NCBI GenBank assembly: GCA_965287045.1
Contig: OZ336878.1
Coordinates: 63,736,001 to 63,800,000, forward strand
DNA length: 64,000 bases
From: Carcharhinus amblyrhynchos
Lineage: Eukaryota
Direction: 5' to 3'
In this document: positions 1 to 12,562 of the stretch, piece after piece
Position numbering within the stretch: the first letter of the stretch is position 1
Layout of the letters: each line of letters opens with the position of its first letter
Translations under genes and position numbers: made by a program
Notes under the pieces: model-generated
The model's database searches: none
Seen by the model: the letters and a program-made list of their open reading frames with translations, nothing else
Told to the model about the DNA's origin: nothing

Positions 1-444
1 ATGTAAATCAGCTATTGGAAGGTAGCCACTCAACAAGTTGCTAAACATGGAGGATCTGTTCCCAATGTTGTCAGGAGACCTAATTTTTCAAATTAGACCT
101 GACAAACACCCATCTGCTTGAGATAGATGATGAGTTTAAATCATATTTGACTATTAATACACACATGGGTCTATTTCAGTTTCATAGGCTGCCATTTGAT
201 GCTTGTTCAGCCGCCAGAATTTTTCAGGGGGAATGAATAAAATTTTGCAAGAAATTCAGGGAGCAGTGTGCTATTTAGATGGCAGATTTATTTCCACTCT
301 AAACAGGCAGACCCATGATGAGAGGCTCAATAAGGCATTCCAACATTCGCCTATATCTCAGGCGAAGGCACACTCATGAGTATTTGTGTCAGCAGGTAGA
401 CAAAGATGGGATACACACTACCACGAGTAATGTTCAAGGAATGG

Positions 445-856
445 GGTAAAATGCTTGAATAGTAATAGTAATGTTACTGGGTAATGGTAATTCACTGGGC
501 TGGTAATGCAGAGGCCAGGCACATAGTTATGAGTATTTGGGTTCAAATCCCACCCCTGTGAATAGTGGAATTTCAATTCAATGAATCTGGAAGATCAAGC
601 TAGTCTCAGCGATAATGACCATAACCATCATCAACTGTAAAAATCCATTTGGTTCCTAGTGTCATTTGGGAGAGGAAATTTGCAATCATAATCTGGTTTG
701 GCCTACATATGACTCCAGATCCACAGCAATATGGTTGATTTTTAACTGCCCTTTGAAATAGCCTAACAAGTCAGTCAGTTCAAGAATAATTGGGGGTGGG
801 CAAACAAATGCCAGTCTTACAAATGATGCCTACATCCCTTGAAAGAATAAAGGAAA
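445..856 (+). mobile_element. tRNA-derived shark SINE (called family B here)
   Basis: B-box ggttcaaatccc (540-551), core ggcctacatatgactccaga and 3' tail matching copies at 3267, 28715, 33935, 44692, 53430, 56603 and 59428. Confidence 0.8.
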
Positions 857-1074
857 AAATAAGAAATGTGCCAAACCCTCAGAAAACCTCTGAGTTCAGA
901 TTTCTTTGGGGTTTGTGAATTACTCCAGTAATTTCACCCAAGTTTGGCAACTTTATTACATCCATTGAATGAACTCTTAAGGAAAAGTGGTTCATCGACA
1001 TTCCAATTGTGTAAAAATAAATTAATAGATGGTACAATGCTTATGGAGAAAGCGCTTTGATTTCTTATGTTGGA

Positions 1075-1717
1075 CAACGGAAATGGAATGTTGTCCTTCA
1101 TTACTAGAGGGATGGAGTTTAAAAACAGTGAGGTTATGTTGCAACTGTACAAGGTGCTGGTGAGGCCACACCTGGAGTTCTGTGTACAGTTTTGGTCTCC
1201 TTAAGTGGCACTGGAGGGTGTGCAGAGGAGATTCACTAGGGTGATTCCAGAGTTGAGAGGGTTGGCTTATGAGGAGAGGCTGAGTAGACTGGGGCTATAC
1301 TCATTGGAATTCAGAAGAATGAGAGGAGATCTTATAGACACATATGAGATTATGAAGGGGATAGATAAGATAGAAGCAGGGAAGTTGTTTCCACTGGCGG
1401 GTGAAACTAGAACTAGGGGCATAGCCTCAAAATAAGACAAAGCAGATTTATGACTGAGTTGAGGAGAAACTTTTTCACACAAAGGGCTGTGAATCTGTGG
1501 AATTCCCTGCCCAGTGAAGCAGCTGAGGCTACCTCATTGAATGTTTTTAAGGTAAGGACAGATAAATTTTTGATCAGTAAAGGAATTAAGGTTTACGGTG
1601 AGTGGTAGGTAAGTGCAGCTGAGTCCACAAACAGATCAGCCATGATCTTACTGAATGGCGGAGCAGAATCAAGGGGCCAGATGGCCTACTCCTGTTCCAT
1701 GTTCTTATGTTCTTGTG
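1075..1717 (+). mobile_element. 5'-truncated CR1 LINE (older subfamily)
   Basis: ORF2 C-terminus ALEGVQRRFTR..YEERLSRLGLYSLEFRRMRGDLI; 3' tail ttcttatgttcttg. Confidence 0.95.
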
Positions 1718-1788
1718 TATAATGGTGAGAAGATACCGAGCAACTTGGCCTTTAATGCTAGTGAATGAAATTATTCTCATGAAACATT

Positions 1789-2791
1789 GAACATAAGAAC
1801 ATAAGAAATAGGAGCAGGAGTAGGCCATCCAGCCCTTCGAGCCTGCCCCGCCATTCAATAAGATCATGGCTGATCTGTCATGGCTCAGTTCCACATTCCC
1901 GCCCTCTCCCCATAACCCTTAATCCCCTCGCTTATCAAAAATCCATCAACCCGCGTCTTAAAAATATTTAGCGAGGCAGCCTCCACCACTTCAACGGGCA
2001 GAGAATTCCAGAGATTCACCACCCTTTGAATGAAGAAGTTCCTCCTCAACTCTGTTCTAAACCGCACCCCCTTTATCTTGAGGCTGTGCCCCCTAGTCCT
2101 ACTGTCCTTTCTGAGCGGGAAGAGTCTCTCCACCTCTATCCTATCCATCCCATTCATCATCTTATATGTCTCAATGAGATCTCCCCTCATTCTTCTAAAC
2201 TCTAACGAGTACAAGCCTAGTTTATTCAGCCTCTCCTCATAGCTCAACCCCCTCAACTCTGGTATCAGCCTAGTAAACCTCCTCTGCACTCCCTCCAAGG
2301 CCAAAATATCCTTGCGTAAGTGCGGCGACAAAACTGCACACAGTACTCCAGCTGCGGCCTTACCAATGTCCTATACAGCTGCAGCAAGACCTCCCTACTT
2401 TTATATTCAATCCCCCTCGCTGTGAAGGCCAGCATCCCATTAGCCTTCCTGACCACCTGCTGGTTGGGTTTTTGCGACTCATGCACAAGGACCCCGAGGT
2501 CCCTCTGCACCGTCGCCTGCTGCAGTTTTTCGCCCCGTAAGTAATAGTCCTTCCTACCATTATTCCTACCAAAGTGGACCACCTCGCACTTGCCAACATT
2601 AAATTCCATTTGCCAGTTCCTGGTCCATTCGCCCAGCCTATCTAGATCCTTCTGCAGACTCTCCACACCCTCCGCACAATTTGCCGTTCCACCAATCTTG
2701 GTGTCATCAGCAAATTTCGACACCCTACACTCGGTTCCCTCCTCCAGATCATCTATATAAATGGTAAATAGCTGAGGCCCCAGCACCGACC
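1789..2791 (-). mobile_element. 5'-truncated CR1 LINE (young subfamily, one frameshift)
   Basis: ORFs 2265-2786 (SKFADDTK) and 1885-2331; (gaacataa)n tail; splits the Gypsy RNase H region. Confidence 0.97.
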
Positions 2792-2884
2792 TTTAACTTT
2801 TAGAGTAAGAAGATTTCATGAATACTTGTGTGGTTATAGTTTCACTATTGAAATTGCTCATGATTTATCATTGGCTATTTTGAA

Positions 2885-3038
2885 TGCCACTAGTTCTAGT
2901 TTCACCCGCCAGTGGAAACAACTTCCCTGCTTCTATCTAATCTATTCCCTTCATAATCTTACATGTGAATATAAAATCTCCCCTCATTCTTCTGAATTCC
3001 AATGAGTATAGCCCCAGTCTACTCAGTCTCTCCTCATT
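2885..3038 (-). mobile_element. Internal CR1 fragment without 3' tail
   Basis: Close reverse complement of 1268-1422. Confidence 0.9.
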
Positions 3039-3266
3039 AGTCTCCAGTACCAATTTTAGCTACAGCCCAAATGTAGAGTGGACAGTGATTTTGTTTTTTT
3101 CAACCAATAATATGAAGTACAGACAAGAGGAAGGTCAGCTGATAAAACATCAAGATTATTATCTCCATCAAAGGTGGAGACTTTTTTTTCCTCAAACGTA
3201 GATGAGTTGCCATCACAGTAGGTGACATTGCCAGCAAACTTGCAGGACTTTACTGGCAGGCACATA

Positions 3267-3580
3267 CTTTTTTTTATTCATTCATGGGATAAGGGCAGCG
3301 TTGGCTGGCCAGCATTTATTGCCCATTAATTGAGAGTCAACCATATTGCTGTGGCCCTGGAGTCACATGTAGGGCTAGGCTGGGTAAGGAGAGCAGATTT
3401 TCTTCCCTAACCGACGTTAGCGAACCAGATGGATATATGATCAGAAGTAGAGTTTTAATTGCAGATATTATTTTATTGAACTGAATTGAGCCTGCCATGG
3501 CGGGATTCAAACCCAGGCCCCCAGAACATTAGCTGAGTTTCTGGGTTAATAGTCTACCACTAGACCATTGCCTCCCCTGA
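3267..3580 (-). mobile_element. SINE family B
   Basis: Reverse complement of the tail (ggccagcatttattgccc), core and B-box (gggattcaaaccc). Confidence 0.8.
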
Positions 3581-3739
3581 GTATATCACAAATGGGTGGC
3601 CAATATAGGCAGCAATTTAGAAATCAACTTTTAAGAATGAATTGTTTGTTGATAAAGGTTGTGTTATGTGGGGAGCCAGGGCAGTAATTCTTGACTGCAG
3701 TTGCTGTGTGATCTTCATGATCAACACTTAGGGAGAAGC

Positions 3740-4687
3740 TCGTTAAAGAAAAGCTACCTTTGGTGATCAGGATTAGATAAAAACATAGAAGACAGTGAAA
3801 TAGTGCAGGACATGTCAAACAGTAGAAAAAGAGGCCACCATTAAACCCTTCGCAACCATGAAAATGGCAGAGACTGCACGTAGATTTTGCAAAATTTGAA
3901 GAGCTATAGCAATTCGCAGGTGGTTTAAATGTTTCCAATTAATGAAACCACAACTAACAAAATTCTAGATACTTTGTGTAATTTGCTTGCTGCTTATGGA
4001 TTCAACATATTGAACAGGTCACTGAACTCCTGTGTTTTTTTTAAACACAGGAAAATACAGAGATCAAAAGATGACTGATACTATAAAGGGACCCCTTCTG
4101 GAAAATTCCTATGTTAGTTATTCAGACATCCTGGAATTTCTCACCTGAAGAGATGTCAAGGGCCACTTCCAACAGAGGCACAAGAAAAAAAAGGTCTGAA
4201 AAATGCAAAAGGCTGTCCTAATCACCTATGTTTGCGGAGGTGATTGACTATTTCATACGCTTCATCAGGATCTCTAAAGAAATCTAGTCTGGAAGCCAAA
4301 AGGAGCACCAATGTCTACCAGAATAATTTAACTTAATGGCCGTGCTACCAAGTACACCTTACAGATAAGCCAGGAACTGATTTGTATACACGCTTGAGCA
4401 TGTATATATGTGTGTGTGTACTCATGCTGGTATGTGTATGTGTGTGTGTGCGTGCGTGTGTGCGTGTGTGCGTGTGTGTGATCTTTGTTATATTTCTTCA
4501 GGTTTTAGTAACTAATAAACTTATTCTTTCTTTGACGCAGGAAAACCTGCTTAAATTGGCTCCTTATAAAAGTAGATACATTTGCATTGGGAAAAGATAA
4601 ATAATTTTTAAACAAACCTTTGTCGTGATCATCTGAGAGGATTGAATAAAAAGGGGAGACAGTTCATTAACTCTCTCCCAGTCATAT
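3740..4687 (+). mobile_element. Probable solo LTR of another retroelement within the Gypsy integrase region; contains (GT)n at 4400-4480
   Basis: Breaks Gypsy collinearity; has AATAAA; segment 4510-4570 resembles the reverse complement of 55385-55445. Confidence 0.5.
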
Positions 4688-5610
4688 CCCCAGAAGGAAT
4701 TGTGTCTGGATCTCAGTTTTGCAAAAAAGAGCTTGTAAATAGGGTAAAACATACTCAAATTCCACCACGTCATTCCATTTCAGATGGAGCAGCAGAATGC
4801 ACAGTACAAATTGTTAAGCATGTTCTTGTATCTAACAAATGTTAGATACAAATTGGAAGAAAGGTCATTTGTCATTGAATCTCAAACTAGTAATTTTTTT
4901 TCTTATTTACCATAACACACCTCATACTGGCAGAATGTCAGTTGAATTGTTTTCAACGAAGACAGCCCAGAGTGAGAATTTCATTGCTGAAGCTACATTT
5001 AGCATAATCAGTAGAAGGAAAACAATCTAAGCAGAAAGGGAGTTGTGATCGGGATTGAGTGAGAGAAAGAAGTCCGAGATTGAGCCTGAGATGAAAGAAC
5101 ATCGTCAAAAGTGGTTGCCATGAAAAAATGTGTGATCCTCAGATATTTAGTCAAGATATTTGGTCATGGAAAGGTTACGTTTCTACATAATGATCATGTT
5201 TTATCTTCAGAGAGTCATGAAGAAGAAGAAGGTTGGAAGGAACAAAATGAGCCTAATGAATTGGATAGTTGGGGAATGAATAGAATGCCCACATTGACTC
5301 CAGCACAAGTTGTTCCTGAAATCAGTTTGGATCCAAGTCAGAATCAGACAGACATATCTGAAAAAGTGAAAAATTCATTGGCAGATAAAGATCAAAGTCA
5401 GTCTTTAGTGAAGATTCCTCCTCAGAATCAGGCCAAAATGGGTCACAGTCCTTCCCCAAGTTCTGGATGTTTGGGTCGAGAATGCAGGTATCCTCTAAGG
5501 AATAGGAAACCAGTGGTTAAGTTAGATCCATAAATAAATTAAAAGCAAGAATTGTATATAATTCACATGGAATGTGTATTTTAGTGCACTTCTCCATTAA
5601 GGAGGGAGAG

Positions 5611-5848
5611 TTTTAATAGCACTCTCTTGGGGCAATTTGTGTAGGTATGTATATAAGCAAACCAGAATTAACCAGATTCATTTGGGTACCTGACCTCCAT
5701 GTGCTTACACCAGTTTCTTCTGGTGCTGCAAAGATAACGCAGTAGTGCTCTCTATAAATGTAAGTACTTACGAGAGATGCTAGATGTATATGGTCTCACA
5801 GCAGAACAGTCCTACTTTGTAGTGCACTTTAGTTACACAGGCAGACAG
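5611..5848 (+). repeat. Probable 3' LTR of the Gypsy element (end approximate)
   Basis: Starts right after the polypurine tract; the partner LTR lies outside the window, so the end cannot be fixed. Confidence 0.45.
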
Positions 5849-5959
5849 TGGTGGTCAAAGACATGATGAGTGCCAGGTGGAGGGCTCAGCTATGCTGCCT
5901 GCCTTATGTCATTTTGGAAAAGTATCCAGCCACCAACCTTACTATTTTTAATTATATTT

Positions 5960-6060
5960 CAGGATGGGCACATTGCTGGGAGGGCTGGCATTTATTGCCC
6001 ATCCACCTGTCATTGAGAAGATGGCAATGAATAGTGCCAGTTGGTGCGCTGAAGCTCCAA
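5960..6060 (-). mobile_element. Old LINE 3' tail fragment (tail shared with SINE family B)
   Basis: ggcatttattgcccatcc..ttgagaagatgg; related pieces at 18205-18575, 20383-20460, 29160-29235 and 46940-47030. Confidence 0.5.
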
Positions 6061-8699
6061 TGAAGATGTGCAGTGGGAGGGAAACAGTCAGCGTGGTGAC
6101 AGTTTGGTAATTTCCGACTGCTTTTGCCACAGCCACAGTTTGTAATAGCTGGGAAACAGTCAAAAAGTTGCATCTGCTGTCTGATTTTTTTTTTGGGAAC
6201 ACACCAGTGCTCTGGGATTAGTTTGCATCAGGTTTTTGTTTTGCCTTTCTAATAGTGGGAGTGCCAAACAGGAGTTGAACCATGCCTTCATTTGGCTCCT
6301 GTTAGCTACTATGAATGAAATATTATGCTGTGCTTTTGACGTTGGAATTTGCTCTTTGCTTGCAATTATCTGCTGTTTATTAATTTAATCCACCCAAATT
6401 TCAAACTCCAAAATCTCATGAAAACAAAAGAATATCACTTCAGTCACTGGTCTTGAAGAGCAATAAGTCTTGATGCAATGCAGTATACACAAGTATGAGT
6501 TGGTTCATGTCGAAATGCAGCAGCAATGGGATTTGCTGTTTACAATGGCTTAGTGTTGCTGTGCACAGTAGCTGAAGTCAGTTTGTGCATTGAAACCATT
6601 GGAGCAGGAGGAACCTGTGTCAATCTGGTCTGAACCAACCTGAAGACTATTTTTCAATGTTAGTTCTGTACGCTTCCTCCAACTCAAAATTGATTGGATA
6701 TAAAGTGCTTTGGGCTGTCCTGAAACTATGAAAGGTGCTAAAACAAAAGGTGGAAAGTCTACGTTTCCTTCCTTTACTTATAAAACTATTTTAAGACACA
6801 GACTGAATACTTTTCACAGATACGCAGTTGAATCAGCCCTGGAAAATTCTCCAAAAGATCTTGACTTGTAACATTCAGTGTAGACAACCCACTATTGAGA
6901 AAGAAAATGGAATCTTACTTAACATTCATGAAGAAAGTACTTTTTTTGGTCAGATGGTCAAAAGGGTGAAATGGCTAAGGCAAATAGTCCAGAAAGAGTA
7001 CAAATTAATCCACTCTCTCTGCTGCATTCTGATCTTCAGATATCAGCAGGAGCCTTATTCCTGGATTAAGGAGGAAAAACATTACCAAAGTTATTGCTTT
7101 GGATGACCACACCGTCATCTCTGCTTCTGGGGGTTGTGAGGCGGGAGAGGATGGGGTTGTTGGAAGGGTTGGTGAGAGGGGTTGGGTGGCAGAGTGGGAG
7201 AGGACACAGCGCACACAGCGGATAAACCGATCCGTCCGGGATGGCCATCCTGATCCTGGAACGAGCTGTCATTCTCAGTCTAACCTCACACAGTGAGAAT
7301 GGCCAGCTGGACAGGGTACCGGGGGTCACCTAGAGCCATAGGATCATGCTCAATAACCAGGCAATAGATTCAGCAGGGAGAAAGAGGAGAAAACGGTGAC
7401 AAAGAGGAAACTTTAAAATAAAAGCAACCACTTTCAATCAATCTAACTAGTTGAGTGATATGCAGTGGTAAGGATCTTGTACCTACACCATAATCACACA
7501 AGCTGGACTGATGCTCTTTACACAACGTCATGCTCCTGCTAAGTAAATATGAACATTTCAGCACAACAGAGAATAAAATTATGTGCCCACGCACTGATAT
7601 GCATTGCAAGAAATATTTGTTTATTCTTTGGAATTTATATTGAGATCAGGGAATGAGGCAGGTAGAATGTGAGGCGACCTTTGAGAAGTGCAAACACCAG
7701 CTCAGAGTAATTGGACATGAGTGGCCTGTGTCTTTGTTGTATGTTTGATGCAAATCAGAAATGCCACAAGCAATGTATAAGGTGATGTTTTTGCTCTACC
7801 TCGTCCCAACAATCTACTGTAACCCTGAGACAGAAGCGGGCCCATTGCTACACAATATGACATCCCTATTCCACCCCCTTCCTCCCCCCTCCCAGCAGCT
7901 ATCCTCCTGACTTCCCAGAGTGAGATTGCCCAATTAGTGCACTGAGAAGTGGAAATGCCGCCCACTGTGTTGATTCCTGGTCCCTGGATGTTCTCTGTAA
8001 ACACTTGTCGAGTATTTTTCAATGTTGATGGCTCAGAAATACATACAGTCACCTTCCGCATCAAATCATGAATAGCGCCTGTCAGATATGTAGATTTTTT
8101 TTTGTTGGAAACTTTCCACCAAACTAAAACAAATCAAAAACACCACAGTGGTGCCTCATTATAAACACTGCGTGATATGCATCAGCTTTATTATGGCACA
8201 CATTACAGAACGCAGTCTGGGCAATAGAGAAATCCTATCAAATATTTCAGGGAAAACCTCACTGAGGAAAAAAATGTTGTTTCGAAGGCTCTCAAAGACA
8301 GTGAAAATACAAGGTTCTGCTGTACACAAAACAATACAAATTCGGAAATAATTGACATATAACAAATGCATCCCCAGCATCTTCTGCTGGCCAGGTATGT
8401 TCATCTGTGTCAGGTGACCCCATGATACCTCAAACAGTGAGATAACATTTCACACACACATTAGTCAATCAACTCTTAGATCCACATTATTATACAGAGA
8501 ATGGTTTTTCAACTCAAAGCAAGTTAACAGAGAGCAAGATTGGGTGAAGGGTGAATGAAACAGGGACTAATCAAACCACATCAGTTTGCCACTCGTTAAA
8601 TTCACCCCCAAATGTGACTGACATCTAGAGTAGCTGCTACTATGATAGACGATCACGTTTTACTTTTGATTTATTTTTATTTCTACCTGAAGTATAATG

Positions 8700-8994
8700 T
8701 TATAGAATCCCTACTGTACAGAATGAGGTCGTTTAGCCCATCTAACCAACACCGACAACAATCCCACCCAGGCCCTATTCCTGTAACCACATATATTTAT
8801 CCTGCTAAACCCCCTGACACCAATGGGCAATTTAACATGGCCAATCCACCTAACCCACACATCTTTGGACTGTGGAAGCACCCAAAGGAAACCCACACAG
8901 ACATGGGGAGAAGGTGCAAATTCCACACAGTCACCCGAGGCTGGAATCAAACCCGTGTCCCTGTAAGGCAGCAGTGCTAACCACTGTGCCACCC
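8700..8994 (-). mobile_element. HE1-type V-SINE
   Basis: tRNA head gtggcacagtggttagcactgctgcc, V-domain cagtccaaagatgtg..ggccatgttaaattgccc and gggattctat tail on the minus strand. Confidence 0.9.
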
Positions 8995-9124
8995 CCAACC
9001 CTGTAACCTTAATTGCCTCGTCCACCCCTTTCCACGTACCTTAAAGCCAGGAAGCAGAATATCCACCACTGCAGATCAAGTCCGAACCCACTATCACTGG
9101 CTCTCTGTGGGCTGGAGGTTCAAA

Positions 9125-9315
9125 TGGTTGGGTGGATTGGCCATGCTAAATTGCCCTTTAGTGCCCCAAGATGCATAAGTTAGGGGGAATAGCGGAGTAA
9201 ATGTGTGGAGTTACCAGGATAGGGCAGATGGGTGGACGTGTTGGATGCTCTGTCAGAGAGTCAGTGCAGATTTGATAGGCTGAATGACCTCCTTCTGCAC
9301 TGTAGCGGTCCTATG
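9125..9315 (+). mobile_element. HE1-type SINE, 3' half
   Basis: ggtggattggccatgctaaattgccc..cctccttctgcactgtag. Confidence 0.85.
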
Positions 9316-10240
9316 AGAAATGCTTGGACAGTGAGCTGAATCTAGTTCTGTGAATGAACCTCTCTACATTGCCAAGAGCTTGTCCATCTATCAATTCAAG
9401 TTTTTCCAAAACCTTTGCAGTGTGGGGGCAGAACTGAATGACAAACACCTGTGCAACCCCAAATCCTAGACTGGGAGATTGCTTTCCTTTTACACTCCCT
9501 TCACCTTTATAAACATTATATATTTCACCCCCACTCTCTCTCCATTTTACCTCCTTGCAGGAATTCACCAGCTCTTCAATATTTGGGACCCTGGTTCGTT
9601 ATGAAAGTTAAAGATATAGCTTTCAATCTCTTTGTCTCCCTTAAATAAGCAAGGTTGCAGGAGATGAAACAATAAAGATGCTCTGCTGTATTTTCTCCAG
9701 CAGACAGAACAGCCCCTGTCACCTCAGATGAGAACAGTCTCCATTCACTTGTATGAAAAGCAATAGGACTAATGGTGTGAGTGAGATTGGTTGCTAAGCA
9801 GGTGATGCAATGATAGGCTAGGCCCTATTGATAAGTTAATTAAAATTGGCCACGTTAATGATGTCTTAAGGCTCCCCTTTTTAATATGCTGAAGCTGTTA
9901 CGTGTGCCCAGAACAATCATATTACCAATAAAGGATAGAAGCTATTGCATTTTGATTGCTTTGACAATCAGAATAGTCTGCAATTGATTCTGCTTTTGCC
10001 AAGTTCCATCCATCTCCATGAAACGCAAACAGAAGCGAGCACATATTGAAGGAATGGGAATGGGAAGGGGAGGGGAGCAGTATTGTTGGAATCCTTTCAG
10101 CTCTTTCTAATTAAAGGATGCTGCAGGCTGCCACAGAAATGTAGATCAGAATGGTGAGGACTCTTGCAGGTCAAACTACATCGTCACATTCAAAATAACC
10201 CAAGGTGATGAATTGTCCAACTGAACCCACAGGAAGTGGG

Positions 10241-11318
10241 CATAAGAACATAAGAAATAGGAGCAGGAGCAGGCCATCTAGCCCTTCGAGCCTGCCCCGC
10301 CATTCAATAAGATCATGGCTGATCTGTTGTGGCTCAGTTCCACTTTCCCGCCCTCTCCCCATAACCCTTAATCCCCTCTCTTATCAAGAACCCATCAACC
10401 CGCTTCTTAAAAATATTTAGCGAGGCAGCCTCCACCACTTCAACGGGCAGAGAATTCCAGAGATTCACCACCCTTTGAGTGAAGAAGTTCCTCCTCAACT
10501 CCGTTCTAAACCGCCTCCCCTTTATCTTGAGGCTGTGCCCCCTAGTCCTACTGTCTTTTTTGAGCGGGAAGAGTCTCTCCACCTCTATCCTATCCATCCC
10601 ATTCATCATCTTATACGTCTCAATGAGATCTCCCCTCATTCTTCTAAACTCTAACGAGTACAAGCCTAGTTTATTCAGCCTCTCCTCATAGCTCAATCCC
10701 CTCAACTCCGGTATCAGCCTAGTAAACCTCCTCTGCACTCCCTCCAGGGCCAAAATATCCTTGCGCAGGTGCGGCGCCCAAAACTGCACACAGTACTCCA
10801 GCTGCGGCCTCACCAATGCCCTATACAGCTGCAGCAAGACCTCCCTACTTTTATATTCAATCCCCCTCGCTATGAAGGCCAGCATCCCATTCGCCTTCCT
10901 GACCACCTGCTGCACCTGCAAGCTGGGTTTTTGCGACTCATGCACAAGGACCCCGAGGTCCCTCTGCACCGTCGCCTGCTGCAGTTTTTTGCCACGTAAG
11001 TAATAGTCCTTCCTACCATTCTTCCTAGCAAAGTGGACCACCTCACACTTGCCAACATTAAATTCCATTTGCCATTTCCTGGCCCATTTGCCCAGCCTAT
11101 CTAGATCCTTCTGCAGACTCTCCACACCCTCCGCACAATTTGCCTTTCCCCCAATCTTGGTGTCATCAGCAAATTTCGACACCCTGCACTCGGTTCCCTC
11201 CTCCAGATCATCTATATAAATGGTAAATAGCTGAGGCCCCAGCACCGACCCCTGGGGCACTCCACTAGTCACCATCCGCCAACCCGAATAGCACCCATTG
11301 ACCCCCACTCTCTGCCTC
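10241..11318 (-). mobile_element. Young 5'-truncated CR1 LINE with open ORF2 3' half
   Basis: ORF 10334-11392 has SGVPQGSVLGP and FADD motifs and no stops (first about 25 aa are flanking DNA); tail cataagaacataag. Confidence 0.97.
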
Positions 11319-11384
11319 TGCTGAAAATAACTCTCACAAACTGTAACCCAGCCATTGAGACAGTTCAGTCCAAAAAGGCAAAAG

Positions 11385-11673
11385 AGCGGCACAGTGGCAC
11401 AATTGTTAGCTCTGCTGCCTCACATTACCAGGGGCCTGAGTTCGATTCCCAGCTTGGGTCATTGTCTGCATTCTCCCATGCCTGTGTGAGTTTCTTCCAG
11501 GTGCTTCAGTTTCCTCCCACAGTCCAAAGATGTGTGGGTTAGGAGGATTGGCCATGCTAAATTGCCCCATAGTGTCAGAGAGACTAGCTAGGGTAAATGC
11601 CTGGGGTTATGGGGATAGGGCCTGGGTGGGATTGTGGTCGGTGCAGACTCAATGGGCTGATCAGCCTCTGTCT
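11385..11673 (+). mobile_element. HE1-type V-SINE
   Basis: A-box tggcacaattgtt, B-box gagttcgattccc, V-domain. Confidence 0.9.
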
Positions 11674-11949
11674 ACGAAATCAGGCTGAAATCAGTGCATC
11701 TGACATCGAGGAGGTAGCAATTATATTTCTGAGTCTATATGTGTTGGTGTGGGGTTTTTTTTAAATGCAATTATTATCAGGACTCAGTGTAAGTATCAGA
11801 ACCACTTCCAGGTCAGGCAAGGATGAGGTCAGAGGCAGGGTAAAGGGCCCAACAACCTGCCTCAAGCCCAATCACAGGCAAGTATGTCTCTGTGATTTCC
11901 CTTCCCCCCGCTCCCCATTTCTCACAGCTGCTATCTTTATACCACTTCT

Positions 11950-12562
11950 GAACCAACAGGTTTATTTAGAATTGCAAGCTTTTGGAGCACTGCTCCTTCA
12001 TCAGGTGAATGAAGGTTAGTTCACAAACAGAACATATATAGGCAAAGACGCAATTGCAAGATAATTACGGATTGGAATATAAAGAGTGGTTGGAATGCGG
12101 GTCTTTACAGGTAATCATCTCTTTACAGGGACGAAGAGTGTGCATGGAGAGAGGGATTATCACAGATTAAAGAGGTGTGAATTGTCTCAAACCAGGATAG
12201 TTCATAGGATTTTGCAAACCCAGGCAGTATGGTGGGGGGTACAAGTCGTTTGACATGAACCCAAGATCCTGTTGAGGTCGTCCTCATGCATGCGGAACTT
12301 GGCTATCAGTTTCTGCTTGACGATTCTGCATTTTGTTGTATCTTGAGGCTGCCTTGGAGAATGCTTACCCAAAGATCGGAAGCTGACTACTCTTGATTGC
12401 CAAAGTGCTTCCTGACTGGAAGGGAACACTCCTGCCTGGTGATTGTTGATGAAAAAGCAGCACTCCGAAATTTTGATTCCAAATAAACCTGTTGAACTTT
12501 AATCTAGAGTTGTGAAACTTCTTACTGTGCCCACCCAGTCCAACTGTAGCATCTCCACCTCA
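11950..12562 (-). mobile_element. Penelope-like element 3' end (GIY-YIG C-terminus) with an inverted pseudo-LTR copy
   Basis: Peptide QDTTKCRIVKQKLIAKFRMHEDDLNR; pLTR motif aaataaacctgttg on minus at 11953-11967 and on plus at 12481-12494. Confidence 0.85.

Larger units (their letters stand above)
1..5610 (+). mobile_element. Degraded Gypsy/Ty3 pol (RT, RNase H, integrase) interrupted by SINE, CR1 and LTR insertions; PPT at about 5599-5610
   Basis: Manual translation gives collinear frameshifted motifs: YLTINTHMGLFQFHRLPF..CYLD (140-285); GFVNY..LATLLHPLNELLRK (910-985); NASE*NYS (1753-1780); RRFHEYLCGYSF (2808-2845); NELFVDKGCVMWGARAVI (3636-3690); PEGIVS..HSISDGAAECTVQIVK (4690-4820); YHNTPHT; C-terminal RYPLRNRKPVVKLDP; then purine tract aaggagggagag. 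Confidence 0.9.

Noticed and set aside
2030-2544. Recurring plus-strand ORFs MKKFLLNSV.. and MRR..QNCTQYSS (also at 10479, 23344, 32072)
   Set aside because: Antisense shadows of CR1 ORF2
11385-11455. tRNA gene
   Set aside because: tRNA-derived SINE head running into the V-domain; no cloverleaf
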